Virus record (IMG/VR): IMGVR_UViG_2902759955_000002 | Coordinates: 32,001-96,000 of that record | DNA: 64,000 nt | Reading direction: 5' to 3' (one strand) | Origin: a virus | Taxonomy: Duplodnaviria > Caudoviricetes | In this document: positions 1 to 7,827 of the stretch, in pieces | Layout of the letters: every line of letters begins with the position of its first letter | Position numbering within the stretch: the first letter of the stretch is position 1 | Notes under the pieces: model-generated | What the model saw: the letters and a program-made list of their open reading frames with translations, nothing else | Told to the model about the DNA's origin: nothing | Databases searched by the model: none | Made by a program: the position numbers and the translations under genes

Positions 1-29
1 GGGCGACACATGGCGCGCTCCGGAAGAGG

Positions 30-563
30 TTATCGGCGTCGCACCTTCCGCAGGGGAGTGAGGACATAGAGGTCATCGTCTGTCGCAGTTTCCATTGGAC
101 GATTCAGGTGGATGACGGGGACGAGGGTGCGGGTGAGCACCATGTCGCGACCGATCCAGTCTGTGAGGTGGTAGTGCAGGTAGCCGTTGCGATAGAGACC
201 GAGATTGCGGCACAGCGCGAGCACCTCGTTGCCGAACCGATAGATCTGGTTGGCACCAGCCGTCGCGCGCTCTACGGCTTGTCGATGGCGGCTTTCCAGA
301 TCGAAGCCGGGTAGGGCGAGATACGGTATCTCGCGCGACTCACCGGGCAGTGCCATCACATCGGAGAGCAGCTCATAGCACAGGGAAGTCAGCTGGTCCT
401 CCGCGCGCTTCTCATACGCGAGACATTCCATCGCGCGGTCGATCAGGGAATGATCGTCCTCGGCGGCCATCTCCGGGATCTGGGCATAGAGCTCGGCCAT
501 TAAGCCGCGCGTCTCCAGGATGATGTTATCGGGCTCTTGCGGGCCCCTTACGAAATAGCCCAT
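30..563 (-). CDS. Hypothetical phage protein, member of a divergent paralog cluster
   Basis: ORF with GGAG upstream of ATG 563; C-terminal G.E....R.LG.Y..G...Y pattern shared with the next gene. Confidence 0.7.
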   Translation of the reverse strand: MGYFVRGPQEPDNIILETRGLMAELYAQIPEMAAEDDHSLIDRAMECLAYEKRAEDQLTSLCYELLSDVMALPGESREIPYLALPGFDLESRHRQAVERATAGANQIYRFGNEVLALCRNLGLYRNGYLHYHLTDWIGRDMVLTRTLVPVIHLNRPMETATDDDLYVLTPLRKVRRR

Positions 564-588
564 GACTGTCAGACTCCACATTCGACGA

Positions 589-984
589 TTACGCGGCTTC
601 CCGATCGGTGCGCTCGAAGATCAGAAAACCATCGTTACGATACTGTTTGAAACGATAAGGAAAGAAACCATCCTGCTGATACGCCCCCAGGGTGTGTAAC
701 TCCTGGGTGACGGCTTCGCCGGCGAGGATGATACGCTGAGCGAGCTCAAGGCGCTCGGACTCTGTGACGTCGTTATGGCCCCAAAGACCATCTCCGAACG
801 CCATGTGGTCTGCAATACCATACAGCTCACGCGAGTAAGAAATGTCCTGCACCTGGACTGAGCCAAAGAGTTGCTGGAAGAGCCAGTCGACATCAACAGT
901 CGGCATAGGCGGCCCGACCACCCACTGGCGCAGAGCGCGCAGTGCGGGCGGTGAGGCCAGGACGAGGTGCTGCGATTCGCTCAC
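589..984 (-). CDS. Hypothetical phage protein, paralog of 30..563
   Basis: GTG start at 984 with GGAG SD, directly after the stop of 986..1456; GEAVTQELHTLGAYQQDGFFPY aligns with GNEVLALCRNLGLYRNGYLHY. Confidence 0.7.
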   Translation of the reverse strand: MSESQHLVLASPPALRALRQWVVGPPMPTVDVDWLFQQLFGSVQVQDISYSRELYGIADHMAFGDGLWGHNDVTESERLELAQRIILAGEAVTQELHTLGAYQQDGFFPYRFKQYRNDGFLIFERTDREAA

Positions 985-985
985 G

Positions 986-1456
986 TCAATACTCCTTGCC
1001 GCGCAACGTACGCACGAAGACCAGCAAGTCATCCGCGATCCAGCGCGGCTGCAGACTGGGTCGGCTGCCGTCCTGCGCGATCTCGAAAAGCCGGGTGGCC
1101 AGATGCTGGTGAAGGAGGGTATCGGCCGCCAGTTCGATTTCAGCGGCAACGAAACGGATGACAGCCAGGTTCTCTGCCGCACATTCGAGCGCGAGTAGCG
1201 GAGAGTGGGGCGCAGTCTCACCCAGCTCGCTGTAATGGTCCAGTGCGAACTCAAAGTCGTCCAGCACCTTCGCCACGAACCCACGCGCTGTGCGATGGCC
1301 ATGAAATGAATTGGTGGTGTAAGGGCTGTTAAAGGAACGTGTAAGCACCGCGTCCCGTATCACGTCCTTGATGCCCATCTCGTAGAAGGCGAAGAAGGGC
1401 ATGTACTCGGCGTACTCACGAATCAGGCTTCGCGTATCCAGAACGAGAGGGGTCAT
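986..1456 (-). CDS. Hypothetical phage protein
   Basis: 156-aa ORF tightly packed in a minus-strand operon. Confidence 0.7.
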   Translation of the reverse strand: MTPLVLDTRSLIREYAEYMPFFAFYEMGIKDVIRDAVLTRSFNSPYTTNSFHGHRTARGFVAKVLDDFEFALDHYSELGETAPHSPLLALECAAENLAVIRFVAAEIELAADTLLHQHLATRLFEIAQDGSRPSLQPRWIADDLLVFVRTLRGKEY

Positions 1457-1461
1457 GGGGC

Positions 1462-1836
1462 TTAAAGATAAAGGTAAGTGACACGCAGGTCATGACGCAA
1501 CAGTTCGATCCGAACGTCTGATCCACTGGGAAAGTTCAGATCGGGCGCGGCCGCCCCCACGGTTTCAACGAGATGGACGAACGCTTCTTCGGCCAGGTGG
1601 TGGGCACTGGCCTGATCGACACCGGCGGCAACGAGATACGCTTCCGTACGATCGAGACGACCCGTGTTGCGCGGATCGGCGTCCTGCCCGAAGACTTCAT
1701 CGAGGAGCATCTGCAGCGTCGCCCGGGTGAACGACTGCAAAGCCGATGACCGAACGTCGCTCGACAGATGAGGACGGGCCCGCTCCCGCACCAGACTCAG
1801 GATGTCGCTCACGGAAATCAACGTTACTTTATTCAT
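1462..1836 (-). CDS. Hypothetical phage protein
   Basis: ATG 1836 (MNKVTLIS) with GGAGAG SD; the longer ORF-track start overlaps the upstream gene. Confidence 0.7.
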   Translation of the reverse strand: MNKVTLISVSDILSLVRERARPHLSSDVRSSALQSFTRATLQMLLDEVFGQDADPRNTGRLDRTEAYLVAAGVDQASAHHLAEEAFVHLVETVGAAAPDLNFPSGSDVRIELLRHDLRVTYLYL

Positions 1837-1861
1837 GGTCTCTCCGTGATGGACGGGGTGA

Positions 1862-2506
1862 TTAGCTGCGATAGGGGACCTTGTTCTGCTGGTGCCACTC
1901 GATGATGCGGTAGTCGAGCGACTTCTCCACGTACAGGCTGAAGCGATCCTGTCGGAGAAAGTGCACGACCCAGTGATCGTGACCCAGGAACTCACGGACC
2001 TGTGATTCGATTGGCAGCAGCACGCCCAAGATCTGTTCGTAGACTTCCGGCTCCTCGCGAAACTCGGGCTTGAGGAATTCGCCGTAAAGGGCCGGGGTCG
2101 AAACCACCGGTGGGTTCTCGCGCTTATCGCCGTAGTGACAGAGCAGGTCGCCGATGCAGCGCTTGATGATCGCGACACCTCGACCGGGCAAGGTTGGTCG
2201 GGATGAGAGGAAGCGCATCTGGCTGACCGTGATCGCCACATTGGCATCGAGATCGAGCACGGGCGCAGTCTTGTCAATGTGGTCGATACTGGTCACGACG
2301 ACGCGCTCTTCGAGACCACTGCCCTTAAAGATGTTCGGGTCGCGCTGGTGATAGACACCACCAGGGACCATGACGGGATCGAACCGCCCCTTGATATAGA
2401 CGCCTGAGGCTGGCTCGGTCAGGAAGTCGCCAATGACAGCTTCGAGCACAGCCGCTACGGGAAGAGGGTCCAGCAAAAGCGTATCGGTAACGGGGTACTC
2501 GTTCAT
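1862..2506 (-). CDS. Hypothetical protein of the phiKZ-like phuZ-adjacent cluster
   Basis: 214-aa ORF, 4-bp overlap with the upstream gene. Confidence 0.75.
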   Translation of the reverse strand: MNEYPVTDTLLLDPLPVAAVLEAVIGDFLTEPASGVYIKGRFDPVMVPGGVYHQRDPNIFKGSGLEERVVVTSIDHIDKTAPVLDLDANVAITVSQMRFLSSRPTLPGRGVAIIKRCIGDLLCHYGDKRENPPVVSTPALYGEFLKPEFREEPEVYEQILGVLLPIESQVREFLGHDHWVVHFLRQDRFSLYVEKSLDYRIIEWHQQNKVPYRS

Positions 2507-2883
2507 GGTCGATTAAAGATCAGCGCGGTGTCTAAGAAATAGTGGAGGTACAGGTCTCTGTTCCGCACGCTCAGGCTGAGCGCCTGCTCGTCGTAGATGG
2601 CCGGTACCTTGATGAACGTACTTGTAAGCGTATCGATAGGGTAGGGCGATCCTGCCGTTACCTGAGCGTGGATCATGCTGTACACGCTGGCACCCCGAGT
2701 GTGTCCATGGACCAGAAGACCATAGACGTTCTCGATCTGGTGTCCAATGATCCACTGGAACGCATCTTCCATCGTGCAGCCCATCAGGCCGAACTCATCG
2801 CGATGAAAAAGCGCCTGCAGGCTCGGTTCAAGCAGTCTGCGAAACTCTCCGATGTCTTGTATCAGGGTGGCTTGTCGATACAC
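2503..2883 (-). CDS. Hypothetical phage protein
   Basis: 126-aa ORF, GTG start, AGGAG upstream. Confidence 0.7.
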   Translation of the reverse strand: MYRQATLIQDIGEFRRLLEPSLQALFHRDEFGLMGCTMEDAFQWIIGHQIENVYGLLVHGHTRGASVYSMIHAQVTAGSPYPIDTLTSTFIKVPAIYDEQALSLSVRNRDLYLHYFLDTALIFNRP

Positions 2884-2976
2884 CTTTGTAGGCTCCTTCA
2901 GCTATAGAATTTCGGGCCTACGTATATATTTCCTATTACCAGCGGCGCCAAGGGCGTTCTGATGCGTCTGGGAGGG

Positions 2977-3072
2977 TTAATTCTCTTCGTCACGCCGCCG
3001 CGTGATCTTGACCTTGAAATGCTTGTTGATCCACATACCCAGGATGATCCCGACGATGAGGATGATTGCCAT
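2977..3072 (-). CDS. 31-aa single-pass membrane microprotein (MAIILIVGIILGMWINKHFKVKITRRRDEEN)
   Basis: Not in the ORF track; GGAG SD, hydrophobic N-terminus followed by a basic tail. Confidence 0.55.
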   Translation of the reverse strand: MAIILIVGIILGMWINKHFKVKITRRRDEEN

Positions 3073-3100
3073 GATGTTCTCCAGGACGAAATGACGGCAT

Positions 3101-3156
3101 AAAAGGAAAAGTGGGGATAACCACGCCTCGCGATTGCGATCCTGGTGGCTATCCCC
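3101..3156 (-). terminator. Intrinsic terminator
   Basis: GGGGATAGCCAC...GTGGTTATCCCC stem followed by TTTTCCTTTT on the minus strand. Confidence 0.7.
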
Positions 3157-3158
3157 GA

Positions 3159-3535
3159 TGCACTGCCTCTTGAGCGCGGCTGTGCGGTATAGCGGTACGA
3201 CACTCTATGCTTACCCCGCTGAGTCGGTTGGGGTCCCATCATGACATCGTGCGACTCACGCCTACCGCAGGAAAGTGTCACGGCTTCCTTACGCGCATTG
3301 AGTAAGGACAGGCTGACACCGGCTCGGTAAGTCATCGATGGACGCGATACGTCTTCTCCCCGGAGCGGGGCGATTATAGCGATAGGAAATGGGTGATCGA
3401 TGGCTCTCCAATAAAGGAGAGTCACAAGGCCTTAGCGTTTCATGATGCCCTCCTTCACTGACCGCAGCATCGCGCTGACCCGGTCTTCTGTAGGATGTGG
3501 TGAAGTCAATGGGGCGTGACTGAACGACCAGTGCA
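3159..3535 (-). ncRNA. Candidate large structured non-coding RNA (family unknown)
   Basis: No convincing ORF; closing stem 3159-3165/3529-3535, several nested 6-8 bp stems and a crossing 8-bp pairing; ends at a terminator. Confidence 0.45.
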
Positions 3536-3645
3536 GTTGTCGGTACCCGCGAACGTCGAACGCGCGACAGCCCGCGATAGCACCACGGCATTGGCGCGAG
3601 AGAGCGGCGCCTGGAAAGAATGGCGGGGCGCCGATTGAAAAAGGC

Positions 3646-3894
3646 TTAGGCGAGTGCCGGGAATTCCTGCTTCACGCGATCGATCGCAGCCTGCACCGTC
3701 GTGATCTTTTCTGCTTCTTCGTCCGCGATTTCGAAACCAAACTCATCCTCGACAGACATGACGAGTTCAACCAGATCGAGCGAGTCCGCACCGAGGTCGT
3801 TCACGAAGTCGGCCTCGGGTTTGACGTCCGCCTCGCGCACGCCGAGTTGTTCGCACACGAGGCCGACGATGCGTTCATTGATGGTCTTTTCCAT
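3646..3894 (-). CDS. acpP: Acyl carrier protein (AcpP-like, copy 1)
   Basis: [43 protein letters not shown] with the phosphopantetheine Ser in the DSL motif; 82 aa, acidic. Confidence 0.95.
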   Translation of the reverse strand: MEKTINERIVGLVCEQLGVREADVKPEADFVNDLGADSLDLVELVMSVEDEFGFEIADEEAEKITTVQAAIDRVKQEFPALA

Positions 3895-3910
3895 TTTCTT
3901 CTTTTCTCTT

Positions 3911-4408
3911 TTAAAAGGGAGTGACGGCTTGACTAGCCAGAGGACGACCTGATTCAAAGTCGATGCTGACAATCAGATCGAAGACACTCGGATCCCACGG
4001 GTCGGGATAATGACCATGGTTTTCCACGCCCAACGCCTTGATGAGCTCAGGGATATAGCCATGGTGCCAACAGACAAGCACCGTCTTGTTGACAAAGTGT
4101 TTATGCGTGAGCAGACGCTCACCCAGTTCCTTCGCCATCGAGTCCGGAAACGAGATGTCGAGTGGAACGCCCTTGCCCCAGTACAAGCGATCTTGCTGCA
4201 TGAGCGGCGTGACTGTTTGCATGGGGCGCACGCTGCGCTTCGTGGGTGACGAGGCGTAGACGTAATCCGGGATCCCGTAGGTGTTCGGGATGTAGGTCGC
4301 GAGCAGGTCTGCCCGACGGTGACCGGCTTCAGACAGCCCCGTCTCGTGTTTGTTGTCAGGCTTCTCGGCGTGGCGCATCACGAGAATCTGCTTAGGGGAG
4401 TGCGACAT
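3911..4408 (-). CDS. Histidine phosphatase superfamily protein (SixA/PGM-like)
   Basis: N-terminal VMRHAEK, LS..G..RA, R..QT..P, VLVCWHH motifs. Confidence 0.88.
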   Translation of the reverse strand: MSHSPKQILVMRHAEKPDNKHETGLSEAGHRRADLLATYIPNTYGIPDYVYASSPTKRSVRPMQTVTPLMQQDRLYWGKGVPLDISFPDSMAKELGERLLTHKHFVNKTVLVCWHHGYIPELIKALGVENHGHYPDPWDPSVFDLIVSIDFESGRPLASQAVTPF

Positions 4409-4658
4409 CTCTATCTCTGGCTGGAGTAATTACCGATTCAACGAACTTCACCACTTCGCCCACGGTCTTGAGCTTCTGGCTAATCTTGGCCGGGATCTCG
4501 ATGTTGAAGTCATCCTCGATCTCGAGGAGCATCCCGATCGTGTCGAGAGAATCCGCACCGAGGTCTTCCTCGAGGCGGTCACTGGCGTCCGGTATCGTCC
4601 CGATCATCCCCAGGTTCGTGGCGATGATGGCTTTGACCTTCTCCTCGATGCTGCGCAT
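4392..4658 (-). CDS. Acyl carrier protein (divergent copy 2)
   Basis: [39 protein letters not shown]. Confidence 0.9.
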   Translation of the reverse strand: MRSIEEKVKAIIATNLGMIGTIPDASDRLEEDLGADSLDTIGMLLEIEDDFNIEIPAKISQKLKTVGEVVKFVESVITPARDRDVALP

Positions 4659-4673
4659 GGCGGACCTCGTGGG

Positions 4674-5216
4674 TTAGAACATCATGGTGAATTTCGAGAC
4701 GACGGGTTGGCTCTTCTGGAAATTGATCACGTAGACCGAACCGTAATCGTTCTCCGGCCAGATTTCGGGATAGCTGCCCTCGGCCAGACCCAGAGCCTTG
4801 AAGAAAGCGGGTAGCTCTGCACGGGTCCAGCAGACGTAGACATTGATACCCGGATGACGGTGCTCGTAGCGCAGTTCATGGCCGAGGCGGAAAAGCGCGT
4901 TCTGATGAAAGGCGCCCGCATCGAGCATGGGGCAGTCGCGTTCCATCTGGTTGTGCAGTGGCTTGACGGTCTGGCCAGTGATGATGCTGATGTCCTTGGT
5001 GTCGCCGTAAAAGGCGGGCACGTAGATGTAGTCGGGCTTCCCGAAGTTGCGTGGCATCCAATCCTGGATATAGCGCGCACGGTCGTGACCGGTCTTGGAG
5101 AGCGCCGTGCCTGACTCATGCAACTCGGCGTGGCGAAACACCACGATGCGATCGGGCAGGTAGATATGACTGCGCGTCACATCGATCTCTACAGCAATAT
5201 CTTCGACGGTGCTCAT
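4674..5216 (-). CDS. Histidine phosphatase-like protein, divergent paralog of 3911..4408
   Basis: VFRHAE, LS.TGHDRA, FGKPDYIY, QTVKPL; second His motif changed (VCWTR). Confidence 0.8.
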   Translation of the reverse strand: MSTVEDIAVEIDVTRSHIYLPDRIVVFRHAELHESGTALSKTGHDRARYIQDWMPRNFGKPDYIYVPAFYGDTKDISIITGQTVKPLHNQMERDCPMLDAGAFHQNALFRLGHELRYEHRHPGINVYVCWTRAELPAFFKALGLAEGSYPEIWPENDYGSVYVINFQKSQPVVSKFTMMF

Positions 5217-5775
5217 GGTGCGATCTCGGTGAAAGATGCAGGTGGTTTGGTATAGGCGCGCGCAGGTGCTCATACCAAACCCACCGCAAGGTTGGGTTGG
5301 CTCCAAAGGCGCCGCCTCCCGTAGGATCCTGGGCGCTGGAGTAGAGAAGGGTGGTGCTCACTGAACCGTAATCGCGTGCGATGCAGAGCCTATCCCTCCC
5401 TCGGGAGTCAGACTCAGTAACCCTTGATCTCATGGAACCAGGTCGGCTGATCAGGGCCGCAGCTGGAACTCAAGTCTTTCTCAGGTCAGATCGCTTTGAT
5501 TGACGCCATTAGTAAAGGGCGTGCTCGATGTCTTATGTCAGTAGAGGGGTCTGGATAGCGGACTCGTCTGTCCCATTTGCTCATGTAAGACCATCCAGAC
5601 GTGCGATCCATACCGTATCCTCTTTACGGCGGTATCCACGTCCGGGTGTGCAGATGGGTCTGGGACCAGCAGGTGCGCCTGCACATCGCGCACCGCTGTT
5701 GACGAGTATTCGACCTTGAGCAGGGTCCAATGCATGGGCGGATCAAACAGCCGCTGCAGGAACCCTACCCACCGC

Positions 5776-6792
5776 TTAAAGAACCAGACCCGAGTCGGTG
5801 GCTTGATCGGCACTGGTCGAGATGCTCTGACGACGCAGACGCGCCGCACCTTGTTCTTCCATCTCGCGCAGCACGCCGTTCAGATGCGAGGACACGTCGC
5901 CGAAGACGCCATCGGAGATGACGTAGTGGAACGGGGCCTGCACCTCCAGACGGTCTGCACCGTTGCCATCCAGATAGCCCACGAACTGCACTTCCGGGCG
6001 CACCGGCAGCGTCGGGTCGCTGCCCTGATTGGTCAGCGTCGCGATACTGATCAGATTGCCCAGCATCGTGAGGCTCGTCGGGCTGATCTTCTCGATCAGC
6101 GTCAGCGATGCGAGCGACGGACGGTGCGACGTGATCTTCTGGAAGTGGACCCAGTTGTACAGGTCTTTCGAATCGAGCTCACGGTTCTGACGTGAGTAGA
6201 GCACGCACAGGGCCGAGACGAGGCTTTCAATGCGCTGGTCGACAACCGCACGAGTCATCTCTGCGCTGTTTTGCAGATAGGACACCACGACCGGCTGCTC
6301 GCGCACGGTTGCGATCTTCTCGTACGACTTGATCGTGTTCAGCGTGTTCTCGGTGAACTTCTTCGTACTGTCGTCGCCCACGAGGATCGCCACTGCGGAA
6401 CCATCGCGCGCGAGGATTTCCGAGAGGATCGACGGTGCGATCACCGAGCCGGAGCCGCCACTGCCAGTGGACAGGACGATGTTCAGATCCGTCGGCTTGA
6501 ACTTCAGCAGGATGTCCGGCACGCGGGCTGCGATGTCCGCATGGTTCGCACGACGTTCCTGACCGGAGCCGTCCTTCTGTTCGCCGTTTGCACTCTCGAT
6601 GAGATAGGTGCTTTCGGTATCGATCGCAGCATGCAGGTTCGATTTCGACGTGTCGATACAGACCACGCGCAATTCTGCAAACGCCGGATTCGCATCGGCA
6701 GCGAGGCGTGCGACCTTGTGTCCGATGTTGATACCACCGCCACCACATGCGTAGACCGTCACACGGCCGCGTTCACGGATATGCGTTGTCAT
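5776..6792 (-). CDS. phuZ: Phage tubulin PhuZ
   Basis: GGGGINIG, IDTS.SN, GSGQER, GSGGSGS tubulin signature, ELDSKD T7 loop. Confidence 0.95.
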   Translation of the reverse strand: MTTHIRERGRVTVYACGGGGINIGHKVARLAADANPAFAELRVVCIDTSKSNLHAAIDTESTYLIESANGEQKDGSGQERRANHADIAARVPDILLKFKPTDLNIVLSTGSGGSGSVIAPSILSEILARDGSAVAILVGDDSTKKFTENTLNTIKSYEKIATVREQPVVVSYLQNSAEMTRAVVDQRIESLVSALCVLYSRQNRELDSKDLYNWVHFQKITSHRPSLASLTLIEKISPTSLTMLGNLISIATLTNQGSDPTLPVRPEVQFVGYLDGNGADRLEVQAPFHYVISDGVFGDVSSHLNGVLREMEEQGAARLRRQSISTSADQATDSGLVL

Positions 6793-6923
6793 GTTTTGTT
6801 TTCCTTGATTATTGAAGTACAGCTGGGGTGAATCCCTTCATACAAGACGAAGGGTGGATAAAAAAAGAACAATGAGTCGGTCTATTAGGGAAATCGTTTG
6901 ATACGGCGTACTTATCTACAGCA

Positions 6924-6932
6924 GTGATATAT
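6924..6932 (-). promoter_or_regulatory. Putative phage early promoter motif (ATATATCAC) upstream of phuZ
   Basis: Variant of ACATATCAC seen upstream of four other minus-strand genes; resembles phiKZ early TATATTAC. Confidence 0.5.
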
Positions 6933-6964
6933 CGCCGACTTTCTTTTACTTCCCGAGGTAGGCC

Positions 6965-7768
6965 ATGTCTCCGATTTCGAAAGCCCTCTTTGAGATGAGC
7001 CGGCGCATCCCACCGGAGGTTCTGCAAACGGTCTTTGTGAAGCGTCTTGAACGCTGGCGCGATACGCCCAAGAGCATCGAGGAACAGATCCTGAGTCTGG
7101 TGATTCGTCCGCGGGTGCTACCCGACTGTGATCTCGTGGGTGGCACGCAGATCTGGGTGAATCTCGACGGCTGTCGCATCGGCGGCAGTGACGTCTACGA
7201 GACGATCTTCCGCATCCCCAAGCAGCGCACGAATGGTCGCTCGATCATGTCGGTGCTGGAGGTCTGCTTCACGGACCCGTCCCGGATCTCAGCAGCCGGA
7301 ATAGCAGCGAACGGACAAAACAACATGATGTTGCAGGGCGGGCAGGCTGTCATGGATGCGATGGGGATGATTCCCCAGACGTCGACTGCACGGATCGAAC
7401 TCATCGCGGAAAATACGGTGCTGGTGCGTGACGTGATGACGATGCCGGCGAACTCGTATCTGCGGTGCACGGTGGCGAACGACGAGAACCTGAACAACAT
7501 CCAGTTGCGCAGCTATCACAAGTTCGTCAAGTTGGTGGAGTGGGCTGTGAAGTCCTACATCTACAACTTCTACATCGTTGACTTGGATGTCGGGGAACTG
7601 CGCGGCGGTCAGCAACTGGGCCGGATCAAGGAGATCATCGACACATATGCGGATGCCGAAGCGTCGTATGAAGATTTCCTCGAGCAAAAATGGAGAAAGG
7701 TCGCGTTCATGAACGACGACACTTCCTACAATCGCTACCTCCGCAGGATGATCGGCGGAAACCGATAA
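6965..7768 (+). CDS. Conserved phiKZ-like protein, probably virion-associated
   Basis: 267-aa ORF with GAGG SD, divergent from phuZ; resembles conserved jumbo-phage proteins (recall). Confidence 0.65.
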   Translation: MSPISKALFEMSRRIPPEVLQTVFVKRLERWRDTPKSIEEQILSLVIRPRVLPDCDLVGGTQIWVNLDGCRIGGSDVYETIFRIPKQRTNGRSIMSVLEVCFTDPSRISAAGIAANGQNNMMLQGGQAVMDAMGMIPQTSTARIELIAENTVLVRDVMTMPANSYLRCTVANDENLNNIQLRSYHKFVKLVEWAVKSYIYNFYIVDLDVGELRGGQQLGRIKEIIDTYADAEASYEDFLEQKWRKVAFMNDDTSYNRYLRRMIGGNR

Positions 7769-7775
7769 AGACGGA

Positions 7776-7809
7776 CATAGAGGCCAGGGCGCAGGCCCTG
7801 GCTTTTATG
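7776..7809. terminator. Bidirectional hairpin terminator flanked by CATA/TATG
   Basis: GCCAGGGC-GCAG-GCCCTGGC stem between convergent genes. Confidence 0.75.
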
Positions 7810-7827
7810 CTGTCAGCTTATGGCGCG

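Noticed and set aside
2898-3591. ORFs 2898..3425 and 3289..3591 (minus)
   Set aside because: R/S/P-rich non-protein-like composition and no SD; the first also crosses a terminator and a better small ORF
5309-5326. Minus-strand TCCTACGGGAGGCGGC resembles the conserved 16S rRNA 338-357 segment
   Set aside because: Only about 16 nt match, flanks are not rRNA-like, and a UACG tetraloop hairpin explains it
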